From: Candidatus Latescibacterota bacterium
Lineage (GTDB): Bacteria > Latescibacterota > UBA2968 > UBA8231
Length of the DNA stretch: 64,000 nucleotides
Reading direction: 5' to 3'
Assembly: GCA_965219385.1 (NCBI GenBank)
Contig: CBDCNM010000001.1
Location: 236,631 to 300,630, forward strand
A program made the translations under genes and the position numbers. Below are positions 10,842 through 19,921 of the stretch, piece by piece. The notes beneath the pieces were generated by a model. The model searched no databases and was not told where the DNA came from. It worked only from the letters and a program-made list of their open reading frames with translations. Numbering within the stretch: the stretch's first letter is position 1; each line of letters begins with the position of its first letter.

Positions 10842-11120
10842 ATGGGCACAGATCGCACTTACGGCCCCGGGGAGATAGCAGCCCAAGGGGAAGCCATTTA
10901 CCGAGAACAGATCCAGTCTAAAGTTGAGCCGGCGGAGAAAGGGAAATTCGTAGTCATTGACGTTGAGACCGGCGACTATGAGATCGACGCAGGGGACGCG
11001 GTGGCTACGCGGCGGCTCTTGGAGCGGAGGCCGTCGGCCGTCACATACGGAGTGCGCGTCGGCCATCGCGCAGCATACAGCCACGTCGGTGGCTTCCAGA
11101 ATCCCAAGCACGATGATTAA
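10842..11120 (+). CDS. Small DUF5678-like protein, partner of clan AA aspartic protease
   Basis: GEAIYREQI...GKFVVIDVETGDYEI...VRVGH pattern; AAAGGAG RBS; overlaps the start of the downstream protease gene. Confidence 0.65.
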   Translation: MGTDRTYGPGEIAAQGEAIYREQIQSKVEPAEKGKFVVIDVETGDYEIDAGDAVATRRLLERRPSAVTYGVRVGHRAAYSHVGGFQNPKHDD

Positions 11121-11296
11121 GGGAAAGGTTAGCGAGAATCAACAGGCGTTGCTTCCCATAGACATTATAGACGGCGAAGGCCGCCCGAGGTCATTGGAGG
11201 TTATCCTGGACACCGGGTTCACTGGGTATTTGACACTGCCTCCGGAATCCATCCGTCGACTGGGACTGACCTCCATTGGTCAACGGACCTTTGAGC

Positions 11297-12468
11297 TAGT
11301 GTTGCGTCGTATAAATAACTTTACGAGATGGTGGTCATGTCGTAGGTTTCTCTTACCACCCCTTCTGAAAGGAGAGATCTATGGCGATGGGGCGTCCGTT
11401 AACGCCGTTAGCGCTGAGTGCGTCGGCCCGAGCACAATTGGAATCGATGGCCCAATCACGGAGTCTTCCACACGGGTGGGTGCGGCGAGCGGAGATCGTC
11501 CTTTGGGCCGCCGAAGGCTGGCCCCATGAAGCGGTCGCTGCAGCGGTGGGTGTGACGCGCGCTACGGTGGGCAAGTGGCGCCGGCGTTTTCTCGAAAACG
11601 GACTCCATGGCTTGCATGATGAACTGCGTTCAGGGGCGCCGCGATCGATCACCGACGAGCAGGTGGCCGAGGTGGTATACAAGACGCTGAAGACCAAGCC
11701 CCAAGACCGAACCCAGTGGTCGGTGCGCTCCATGGGCGCGGAAACCGGCCTCACCAAGGACGCGGTGCATCGCATCGGGCGCACGTATGGTTTGCAGCCC
11801 CACCGACACAAGCACTTCAAGCTTTCCACCGATCCTTTCTTGGTCGACAAAGTACGGGATATCGTCGGCTTATACATGCATCCCCCCGAGCACGCCCTGG
11901 TTTTATGCGTCGACGAGAAGAGCCAGATCCAGGCGTTGGAACGAAGTCAGCCCCTGTTGCCCCTGGGCCTGGGCTACGTGGAAGGGGTTACGCACGACTA
12001 CAAGCGCCATGGCACCACCACTCTGTTTGCCGCCCTGGACGTGGCCACCGGTGAAGTGATGACTCCGTGCAAGCCCCGTCATCGTCACCAGGAGTTCCTC
12101 CCGTTCCTACGCCACATCGAGGACAACGTGCCCCGCGGTCTCGACGTGCATCTCGTGGTTGACCATTACGCCACCCACAAGCATGCCAAGGTCAAAAAGT
12201 GGCTGGCGCGGCGCCCCCGATTTCACCTTCACTACACCCCCCCCTATGCTTCGTGGCTCAACCAGGTGGAGATTGGGTTCAACATCATCACGCGCCAGGC
12301 GGTTCGGCGGCACTCGTTCCGCAAGGTAAGAGAGCGCATCGAGCGCATCGAACGCTATACCGCCCAATGGAACGCCAACGCGCACCCTTTCGTATGGACG
12401 GCTACGGCCGATTCCATCCTCGCGAAAATCAAGAGACTTTGTGAACGAATCTCTACGACACAACACTA
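11297..12468 (+). mobile_element. IS630-family insertion sequence with TA target duplication
   Basis: Imperfect TIRs TAGTGTTGCGTCGTA / TACGACACAACACTA; TA at 11297-11298 and 12467-12468, inserted in a CTAG site. Confidence 0.93.
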
Positions 12469-12469
12469 G
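11381..12469 (+). CDS. IS630-family transposase
   Basis: HTH region, VLCVDEKSQIQALER, THDYKRHGTTTLFAALDV, SWLNQVE, PFVWTATADSIL. Confidence 0.92.
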   Translation: MAMGRPLTPLALSASARAQLESMAQSRSLPHGWVRRAEIVLWAAEGWPHEAVAAAVGVTRATVGKWRRRFLENGLHGLHDELRSGAPRSITDEQVAEVVYKTLKTKPQDRTQWSVRSMGAETGLTKDAVHRIGRTYGLQPHRHKHFKLSTDPFLVDKVRDIVGLYMHPPEHALVLCVDEKSQIQALERSQPLLPLGLGYVEGVTHDYKRHGTTTLFAALDVATGEVMTPCKPRHRHQEFLPFLRHIEDNVPRGLDVHLVVDHYATHKHAKVKKWLARRPRFHLHYTPPYASWLNQVEIGFNIITRQAVRRHSFRKVRERIERIERYTAQWNANAHPFVWTATADSILAKIKRLCERISTTQH

Positions 12470-12663
12470 CTAGCGGGGAACTCTTTGAGTTTGCGGCCTA
12501 CCTTGCCATGGTGTCCTGGCATGGACGCCTCCGTGATGTGCTGGTGCTACAGTCGGATAGTGTTCCGTTGCTGGGCATGACTCTGCTCTGGGGTAGTCGA
12601 GTTACTGTGGATGCGTTGGACGACGGAGAGGTTATCGTTGAAGAGCTTCCACCAGCCCAGTGA

Positions 12664-12890
12664 CGGGAAGTCGAAGGCCCATGCGCCGCGGGCGACGTTC
12701 GGTTGCACGAATCGAACTCATGGAGGAAATTGTGGGAGGCACGGTTCTTTTCGGAGACGCAAATACCGAGCCATTGCTCAGGGTAACGGCTCTGGAGTCC
12801 CTGGGTATCGAAGTCGATCCGCTCAACCAGCAACTGAAGAAGCTGCCGGCAGTGCGGCTCAAGAGCCTGCGGACGAGAATGATAATTGAG
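12664..12890 (+). pseudogene. C-terminal fragment of a second clan AA aspartic protease
   Basis: VARIELMEEIVGGTVLFGDANTEPLLRVTALESLGIEVDPLNQQLKKLPAVRLKSLR closely matches the C-terminal half of 13038-13424; the catalytic DTG half is missing. Confidence 0.8.
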
Positions 12891-13037
12891 AAAGGAGAAC
12901 GGGATGGGACGACAGCCGTGCCTGGTGCGCGTGCGAGATCCGTTTGGAAAGCTCACGCCCGTGACGGCGAGTCGTTCGTCTACACCATAGCTTCAGCGGA
13001 ACTGATCCAGGCCGCAGAGATATAGGGAGAGTACAGA

Positions 13038-13424
13038 ATGGGAGCAATACACGTAACCGTTGGCATACGGAACCCGGCCGAGCCAGAAAGGGTCTGGGAA
13101 GGATTATTTCTCGTCGATACGGGCGCTACCGATTGTCTCGTGCCCAGACAGCACCTGGAATCCATAGGCCTCTTGCCCAAGGGGCAGAGGGTGTACGAGC
13201 TGGCCGATGGTAGCGAAATCCGAATGGGCGTCACAGTCGCTCAAGTAGAGTTCATGGGGGAATTCGTAGGGGCAACAGTCGTATTCGGTGAGCCCGACGC
13301 CGAGCCGCTGCTCGGATTGACCGCCCTCGAGTCGGTGGGCATCGAAGTGGACCCGCGCAACCAGACGCTAAAAAGGCTGCCAGCGGTGCGCCTCAAGAGC
13401 CTGCGAACAAAATCGAGAAAGTAG
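13038..13424 (+). CDS. Clan AA aspartic protease (retropepsin-like)
   Basis: FLVDTGATDC catalytic motif, YELADG flap, EPLLGLTALE. Confidence 0.88.
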   Translation: MGAIHVTVGIRNPAEPERVWEGLFLVDTGATDCLVPRQHLESIGLLPKGQRVYELADGSEIRMGVTVAQVEFMGEFVGATVVFGEPDAEPLLGLTALESVGIEVDPRNQTLKRLPAVRLKSLRTKSRK

Positions 13425-13522
13425 GAGCAGCATGGGAGTACGACAGCCGCGTTATAGCAAAGGATTCAAAGTGATGTGGGAGATGATACAGGGCACGGCA
13501 GAGCGAGCCGAAAAGTAGGGCC

Positions 13523-14038
13523 ATGACCTCTCTCAAGAGAATATTGATTATTGCCGGACCAAACGGTGCGGGCAAGACGACGTTTGCTACCGAATTTCTA
13601 CCAAACGAAGCGAATTGCCCCATCTTCATAAATGCGGATCTCATCGCTTCAGGGCTGAGTCCGTTTCGACCGGAACTAGTTGCGATACAGGCTGCGAAGC
13701 TGATGCTAAACGAGATTCACGAACACGTGAGAAGAGGAGACAGTTTTGCCTTTGAGACGACCTTGAGTGGGCGTGGTTATGCACGTTGGATTCCTCGCTG
13801 GCAGAAACAGGGCTACCGGGTGAAACTATTCTTCCTGCGGTTGCCGAGTCAAGAAGCGGCGATCAGCCGAGTCAAGAAGCGAGTGCTAGAAGGAGGGCAC
13901 GACGTGCCGGAGCCTGTGATTCGTCGTCGGTTTTTAGCGGGCTGGCGCAATTTTGAGTCAATCTATCGAGAGCTTGTAGATGAGTGGGCTATCTTCGATA
14001 ATTCGGGTAGGGTCCCCGTATTATTGGCTGAGAGGTAA
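13523..14038 (+). CDS. Zeta-toxin-like / COG4185 P-loop ATPase
   Basis: IIAGPNGAGKTT, FINADLIA, SFAFETTLSG, RVKKRVLEGGHDVPE, FDNSG. Confidence 0.87.
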   Translation: MTSLKRILIIAGPNGAGKTTFATEFLPNEANCPIFINADLIASGLSPFRPELVAIQAAKLMLNEIHEHVRRGDSFAFETTLSGRGYARWIPRWQKQGYRVKLFFLRLPSQEAAISRVKKRVLEGGHDVPEPVIRRRFLAGWRNFESIYRELVDEWAIFDNSGRVPVLLAER

Positions 14039-14044
14039 ATCGAG

Positions 14045-15151
14045 ATGAGTTCGCAGAATCAAAAATCGACCAAGAAACCACGTGACCCAGATATTGTTGG
14101 AGCTGAAACGGCGATGATGAGAGCGGCCGAACGTGCACGACGTCGGGCTATAGAAACTGGCAGCGAAATTCAGAAGTCTCTCAGTACTAACCTAGCCGAA
14201 AAGTCTGTCCAAGCAGCGGTTGCGGCGATCGAGATATACAATAAGCCAAATTTTTCTTATCGAGAAGAATCATTTGCTATACTGATGACGAATGCGTGGG
14301 AGTTGCTGTTAAAAGCGAAATGGGTGTTCAATCACGCAGATGAAGAGAAGGCACTATACGAGCTAGTTGATAGTGGTGCTGGTAAGAAAATTACCAAAAA
14401 GAATCAGAGTGGAAATCCTATAACGCATAGCATAAGCTACCTTGTAAAAGAGCTGTTCAAAAATAAAAAATCAGGATTGGAGACAGGTTGTCGTGACAAC
14501 ATACTCGTACTTATAGAGATTCGCGACAACGCGGCTCATTTCCTCCATAAGGATTTGTACTTGGCTCGCCGCCTTTTAGAGGTTGGGACTGCGTCGCTTA
14601 GTAACTATCTTCTGCTTGTAAGAAAGTGGTTTCAGATGGATCTATCTCATTATGACTTCTATCTCATGCCAATTTTCTTTTTTCATGCTTTTGAGACTAT
14701 AAAACCGGCCTCTACAGCTCATTATACAGATCAGACTAAGAGGCTGCTTGCATTTATAGATTCTCTAGAACAAAAAGAACTAGAACAAGATAGCCAACAA
14801 TATGTAACACTTAGATTTGAAACACATCTGGTAAGAGGTAAAGACGCATCGGCTGTTGAGTTTCGTTGGACGGACGATCCGAACGCACCAGTAATGAATC
14901 TCCGTGAAGAAGACGTCCTTAAGAACTACCCGATGACGTATCGGAATCTTGTGGACAAAATGAGAAAGCGCTACGATAACTTCTTGGAAAATAAGAGATT
15001 TCACACATTGCGTAAGGCACTAGATAATGAGAAGAAGTACTCCATTGAACGTCTTCTAGATCCCGCTAACCCCAAAAGTTCAAAGAAACGCTTCTATAAT
15101 TCCAATATCCTTCAAGAATTCGACAAACACTATAATAAAAGGACAGGGTGA
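14045..15151 (+). CDS. DUF3644-like (HEPN-type) protein with a short N-terminal extension
   Basis: AAIEIYNKPNFSYREESFAILMTNAWELLLKA and IRDNAAH (RxxxxH). The region is visibly more AT-rich than its neighbours. Confidence 0.75.
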   Translation: MSSQNQKSTKKPRDPDIVGAETAMMRAAERARRRAIETGSEIQKSLSTNLAEKSVQAAVAAIEIYNKPNFSYREESFAILMTNAWELLLKAKWVFNHADEEKALYELVDSGAGKKITKKNQSGNPITHSISYLVKELFKNKKSGLETGCRDNILVLIEIRDNAAHFLHKDLYLARRLLEVGTASLSNYLLLVRKWFQMDLSHYDFYLMPIFFFHAFETIKPASTAHYTDQTKRLLAFIDSLEQKELEQDSQQYVTLRFETHLVRGKDASAVEFRWTDDPNAPVMNLREEDVLKNYPMTYRNLVDKMRKRYDNFLENKRFHTLRKALDNEKKYSIERLLDPANPKSSKKRFYNSNILQEFDKHYNKRTG

Positions 15152-15210
15152 GCGACCCGTTTGCCAAGCTGCCCGTCAGGAGCCATGAGTCTATTGCCTA
15201 CACCATCGCT

Positions 15211-16629
15211 CTAGCAGGCCGTTGAAAAACCAGGGTTTTTGCACAATGCACTGTGGGATAGGACGGCACCGATCTTGAACCTCCATTTGCAAGCAAAGGT
15301 CTCGAAAGCACCCAGACCTTTGCTAATGCGATCCCAAGCCCGTTTGAGCCGGTTAGTAACGACGAAAAAGCCCGATATCAGGCCATGGAGACCCCTCGGA
15401 GTCCCCTTCCCGGTGATTTTGCGCATCACCAACCCCAGATTAAAAGCGCCGCCATGAATACACCGGCGTTTATAGATCTTGTCCTGACTGCGCAGGTGCG
15501 TGCGTCGCAGGCCCCCCGTTTCATAAGCGTGGGCGAAACTGCGTTCCGCGTACTCAGCGCGAAGCCGTTGCAGGGCGTGGCCACGGACCCCTCGTATGCG
15601 ACGCCGATTGGCATACACGGCCGCCTTGGCCTGGGGATCATTCTTCCACTGGCGGCGCCCGCGACCGGGTTCGGAAAGGTAGCTGCGGATCTGAGCGCGC
15701 TTCAACGTCTTGGCGGTGTAATTGCTGTGATAGCCCTTGTCCGTTACCACTTCGGTGAGCACGGGCGGCGGCGGCCGTCCTTTGTGAGCCGCCTCGGCGA
15801 CCAGGCTCGCCTCCAGATTCATGGAGGCCTGCAGCAGACTCCAGGGCAGAGACGCCGTATCGCCCTCGTCAGCGCCGCACACCTGAATCGCTACCAGGGC
15901 CTGGGTGTCCAGATCGATCGTATGCTCCGCCTTGTGCGCCAAGTGGGTACGCCCGTCTTTCATCTTGGTAATGCGCGCCTCCGGGTCATGGGGGTGTTGC
16001 CAGTCCTGGTTGGAGCCTTTGTGCGCACGCTTCTGGTCGAGCTGGGCCAGATCCTGCCGCGTCGGCGTCTCGATGCCTTCGGCCTGGGCCAGCCCCTCCA
16101 GATAGGTGTGGTAGCTTTCCCCACTGTCGCGCCGCACGATGCGGCGCAGGGCGGCGTTGGCCTCCAGCGTGGTGGCGTCCACCGCCACTGTCTTCCCCTT
16201 GAGCAGGCCTTCCTGGGCCAGCACCTTCAGCACCCAGTTGAAGACCTCCTGATGCACCTCCAGCGGCAGGCGCTGACGAATGCGCGACCGGCTCGAATGG
16301 TCCGGTGTGGTCTCGGTCAAGGCGTAGCCCAGAAAGTGGCGCAAGGCCAGCGAATCGGCGACCCGCCCGTCCATGCCGCGCTCCGAGCCCAAGCCCTCGA
16401 AATAGCCGATCATGAGCATGCGGAAATAGACCCCGGGGGCAATACTGGGTCGTCCCAAGGTCTCCGCATAATAGGGGGCGCAGCGCGCTTCCACGAAGGC
16501 ATCAAATCCATGCGATGCCAGCAGCTTATTGAGTTGGGCATAAAACGGATGCCCCGGCGCCTCGGGCAGGTCATGGGTCTGTACCCACATCTCCTGCTGC
16601 TGACTTTCTCGACGCTTGCTCATCGACAT
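15211..16629 (-). CDS. IS1182-like transposase
   Basis: GRPSIAPGVYFRMLMIGYFEG, TPDHS, VAVDATTLEANA, DPEARITKMKDG, VVTDKGY, ERSFAH; GAAGGAGG RBS before MSMSKRR. Confidence 0.88.
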   Translation of the reverse strand: MSMSKRRESQQQEMWVQTHDLPEAPGHPFYAQLNKLLASHGFDAFVEARCAPYYAETLGRPSIAPGVYFRMLMIGYFEGLGSERGMDGRVADSLALRHFLGYALTETTPDHSSRSRIRQRLPLEVHQEVFNWVLKVLAQEGLLKGKTVAVDATTLEANAALRRIVRRDSGESYHTYLEGLAQAEGIETPTRQDLAQLDQKRAHKGSNQDWQHPHDPEARITKMKDGRTHLAHKAEHTIDLDTQALVAIQVCGADEGDTASLPWSLLQASMNLEASLVAEAAHKGRPPPPVLTEVVTDKGYHSNYTAKTLKRAQIRSYLSEPGRGRRQWKNDPQAKAAVYANRRRIRGVRGHALQRLRAEYAERSFAHAYETGGLRRTHLRSQDKIYKRRCIHGGAFNLGLVMRKITGKGTPRGLHGLISGFFVVTNRLKRAWDRISKGLGAFETFACKWRFKIGAVLSHSALCKNPGFSTAC

Positions 16630-16738
16630 ACAACAACCTCCTTCAGCTATTACTAATCTAGAATAGAAAGAATAGACTTGTATGCCAAGTCGCCTATTTT
16701 TGATATAGCAGAACTTTTCAGCCTTTTTCAACGGCCTG
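15215..16738 (-). mobile_element. IS1182-like (DUF772 + DDE) insertion sequence with CTAG target duplication
   Basis: TIRs CAGGCCGTTGAAAAA / TTTTTCAACGGCCTG flanked by CTAG at 15211-15214 and 16739-16742. Confidence 0.9.
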
Positions 16739-16741
16739 CTA

Positions 16742-17644
16742 GGGGCCTATGTCAAATCCGTGGCGTTTTCGCCGGATGGAACCACCCTGGCCAGTGGGAG
16801 TTCTGACAGGACGGTTCGGTTGTGGGATGTGGACAGCGGCCAACAAAAGGCCAGCTTGGAGGGGTATACCAACGGGGTCCGTTCCGTGGCGTTTTCGCCG
16901 GATGGAACCACCCTGGCCAGCGGAGGCGGCACGGTTCGGTTGTGGGATGTGGACAGCGGCCAACAAAAGGCCAGCTTGGAGGGGTATACCAACGGGGTCC
17001 GTTCCGTGGCGTTTTCGCCGGATGGAACCACCCTGGCCAGCGGAGGCGACACGATTCGGTTGTGGGATGTGGACAGCGGCCAACAAAAGGCCAGCTTGAA
17101 GGGGCATACCAACAGGGTCCGTTCCGTGGCGTTTTCGCCGGATGGAACCACCCTGGCCAGCGGAGGCGGCACGGTTCGGTTGTGGGATGTGGGCAGCGGC
17201 CAACAAAAGGCCGCCCTGGAGGGACATTCGGATTTTGTCCATTCCGTGGCGTTCTCTCTGGACGGCCGCACCCTGGCCAGTGGGAGTAGGGACGGCACCG
17301 TTCTCCTGTGGGATACAGGTGACGCCCCGACGCACATTACCGAGGTGGCGACGCCGGAAGTGCCGGCCACCAGCGGCCTGGAGCCCAATGTGCCCAATCC
17401 TTTCAACGCCAGCACCCGGATCGCCTACCGTCTGGCCAACCCGGGCCCGGTGCGGCTGGAGATTTACAACACCCTGGGCCAGTCGGTGCGCACGCTGGTG
17501 GACGAAGTCCAGGCCGCCGGCGTGTACCAGGTCCGCTGGGACGCCCGCGACCAGCGGGGCGCGGCGGTGGCGACGGGGGTCTATCTCACGCGCCTGCACT
17601 ACCCCGGCGGGGTGCAGACCCGGCAACTGCTCTTGCTCAAGTAG
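16742..17644 (+). pseudogene. 5'-truncated WD40-repeat protein with C-terminal FlgD-Ig/secretion-type sorting domain
   Basis: Five SVAFSPDG.TLASG...LWD blades, then PNPFNASTRIAY...IYNTLGQSVRTLV...WDARDQRG...GVYL. No signal peptide or start context. Confidence 0.8.
16757..17315 (+). repeat. Tandem about 120-bp WD40-coding repeats
   Basis: Near-identical units TCCGTGGCGTTTTCGCCGGATGGAACCACCCTGGCCAG... recur with a 120-126 bp period. Confidence 0.92.
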
Positions 17645-17742
17645 CCCGGAGCGCGGGGCGGCATGAGCAGCGGCCCCATAGCGGATAAATAGCGTTCAGG
17701 CATTAAAATGGAGCGCAATGGCATCTTCGCCCAGGTGAGCCG

Positions 17743-19890
17743 ATGAACCATAGTGAAATCGTCAGTTTCTTGTGGGGCGTTGCGGACCTGATCCGCGACA
17801 GCTTCAAGCGCGGCAAATACCAAGACGTCATTCTGCCGCTGACCGTGCTGCGCCGTCTCGACTGCGTGCTCGCTCCGACCAAGGAGCAGGTGCTGCAACG
17901 GCAGACGGAGCTACGCCAGCGTGGATTAGAGGACCTAGATTCGCAGCTTTGCAGAGCCTCGGGCTTCGCCTTTTACAATACTTCGCGCTATGACTTTGAC
18001 AAGCTGCTCGCGGATTCACCGCAGCTTGCCGCAAATCTCAGGAACTACATCGCCGGCTTCAGCAGCAACATGCGCGAGGTGCTGGAGCGGTTCGACTTCG
18101 ACAACACGATCAGCAAGCTCGACGAGGCGGGGCTACTGTTTCAGGTTCTAGAGCGGTTCGGGATCGTTGATCTGCACCCGAAGCGGATCGATAACCCGAC
18201 CATGGGGACGATCTTTGAAGAGTTGATCCGCCGCTTCAACGAAGCCCTGGACGAGAACCCCGGCGAACACTTCACGCCCCGCGACGTCGTCCATCTGATG
18301 GTGGATCTCATGCTCGCGGGTGACGAAGAACGCACCGCAGACCCCGGAGTAGTGCGCAGTGTGTACGACCCTTGCTGTGGATCGGGTGGTATGCTGATGA
18401 TCGCCAAGGAGCACATTGCGGGTGGGACGCACGTAAACGGCGATCCGCCCCGCCCTGCGATCAACCCACAGGCGGAGATTCACCTTTTCGGCCAAGAAGT
18501 GAACCCAGAGACCTGGGCAGTCTCGAAATCCGACATCTTCATAAAAGACCCGTCGGGCCGCGACGCGGACAACGTTGCCTTCGGAAGTACGCTATCCAGC
18601 GACCGCCATGATGGCCAAACCTTTGATTACCTGATTGCCAATCCGCCCTACGGCAAGGACTGGAAGCGCGACAAGGCCGCGGTCGAAGCAGAACACGAGC
18701 GGAGCGCGGCCGGCCGCTTCGGACCTGGATTGCCGCGCATCAGCGATGGTCAGACCCTGTTCCTGCTGCACATGCTCGCCCATGCCAAGTCACTGGACCA
18801 GGGCGGTGCCCGCATTGCGATCATTATGAACGGTTCGCCGCTGTTTACTGGCGATGCGGGTAGCGGCGAGAGCGAGATTCGCCGCTACATCCTCGAAAAC
18901 GACCTGCTGGAGGCGCTGATTGCGCTGCCCGAACAGCTTTTCTACAACACCGGCATCGCCACCTATGTGTGGCTGCTGACCAACCGCAAGGCACCAGCAC
19001 GCAAGGGCAAGGTGCAGCTCATCGACGCCACTGCGTTCTGGGTACCGATGCGCCGGAGTCTCGGCGACAAGCGGCGCGCGGTACCGCCGGAGAAGGCAGC
19101 CGATGTGCTGAAGCTCCTCGCCAATTGCCAAGACGGTGAGACGCGCACGCTCTCAGACGACGGCAAGGAGGAGGAGCGCATCGTCAGCCGCGTCTTCTCG
19201 ACGGCGCAGTTTGGGTATCGCAAGATCACCGTTGAACGGCCGTTGCGGCTCAATTTCCAGGCGAGCGCGGAACGGATCGAGCGCCTCAGCGCACAGACAG
19301 GCTTTCAGAATCTGGCTAAATCGAAGAAGCGAGGAGAGGCCGGTGCCAGGGAAGAGGCCGAGGGTCGAGCTCTGCAGCAAGCTATTCGGACCATGCTCAA
19401 GATGATGCCCGATACCCTTCACAAGGATCGGGAAGCGTTCCTCAAGGAGCTTGCGAAAGCGACCCGGAAGGCCGAACTCAAACTGCCGGCACCGGCGAAG
19501 AAAGCAATTCTCGACGCTATGACCGAACGCGATGAGACGGCCAAGATCTGTCGCGGTAAGGGCGGTGAGCCTGAACCCGACCCAGAGCTGCGCGACACCG
19601 AGCGCGTGCCGCTGGCCCAGGGGGAAGATCCCGTGGACGGCGATGGAGTGCCAGCCAGCGTCCGCGCCTTCTTTGAGCGCGGGGTCAAGCCTCATGTTCC
19701 CGATGCTTGGATCGACATATCGAAGCGCGATCACAGGGACGGAAAGGTTGGCTTGGTCGGCTACGAGATCAACTTCAACCGCTACTTCTACCAATACAAG
19801 CCGCCACGGCCGATCTCGGAGATCGAGACGGAGATTCAGAAAATCGAGACGGACATTCTGGAGATGCTGAAAGGCATGTCTACCGAATAA
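17743..19890 (+). CDS. hsdM: Type I R-M methyltransferase subunit M
   Basis: FLWGVADLIR, GEHFTPRDVV, YDPCCGSGGML (motif I), ANPPYG (motif IV), LFYNTGIATY, GYEINFNRYFY. Confidence 0.95.
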   Translation: MNHSEIVSFLWGVADLIRDSFKRGKYQDVILPLTVLRRLDCVLAPTKEQVLQRQTELRQRGLEDLDSQLCRASGFAFYNTSRYDFDKLLADSPQLAANLRNYIAGFSSNMREVLERFDFDNTISKLDEAGLLFQVLERFGIVDLHPKRIDNPTMGTIFEELIRRFNEALDENPGEHFTPRDVVHLMVDLMLAGDEERTADPGVVRSVYDPCCGSGGMLMIAKEHIAGGTHVNGDPPRPAINPQAEIHLFGQEVNPETWAVSKSDIFIKDPSGRDADNVAFGSTLSSDRHDGQTFDYLIANPPYGKDWKRDKAAVEAEHERSAAGRFGPGLPRISDGQTLFLLHMLAHAKSLDQGGARIAIIMNGSPLFTGDAGSGESEIRRYILENDLLEALIALPEQLFYNTGIATYVWLLTNRKAPARKGKVQLIDATAFWVPMRRSLGDKRRAVPPEKAADVLKLLANCQDGETRTLSDDGKEEERIVSRVFSTAQFGYRKITVERPLRLNFQASAERIERLSAQTGFQNLAKSKKRGEAGAREEAEGRALQQAIRTMLKMMPDTLHKDREAFLKELAKATRKAELKLPAPAKKAILDAMTERDETAKICRGKGGEPEPDPELRDTERVPLAQGEDPVDGDGVPASVRAFFERGVKPHVPDAWIDISKRDHRDGKVGLVGYEINFNRYFYQYKPPRPISEIETEIQKIETDILEMLKGMSTE

Positions 19891-19921
19891 AAGGACCGCT
19901 GCGCCTGGAAAGGGTATCGAT

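Larger units (their letters stand above)
11113..12663 (+). pseudogene. Clan AA aspartic protease (AF_0612-like) interrupted by an IS630 element
   Basis: MIKGKV...ILDTGFTGYLTLP...QRTFEL, then IS, then ASGELFEF...PLLGMTLLWG...stop at 12661-12663. The frame is restored on removing the IS. Confidence 0.88.

Noticed and set aside
9065..15150. Classical integron
   Set aside because: No intI and no attC-like GTTRRRY/RYYYAAC palindromic sites were found between the cassettes; the joints are gene-end homologies instead.
16757..17315. WD40 and LRR tandem repeats as CRISPR arrays
   Set aside because: The units are in-frame coding repeats without unique spacers, and no cas genes are present.
18635..18655. 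NPPY rather than NPPF in HsdM as a sign of m4C methylation
   Set aside because: Only one hsdM is present and NPPY also occurs in m6A type I methylases; not diagnostic without methylome data.
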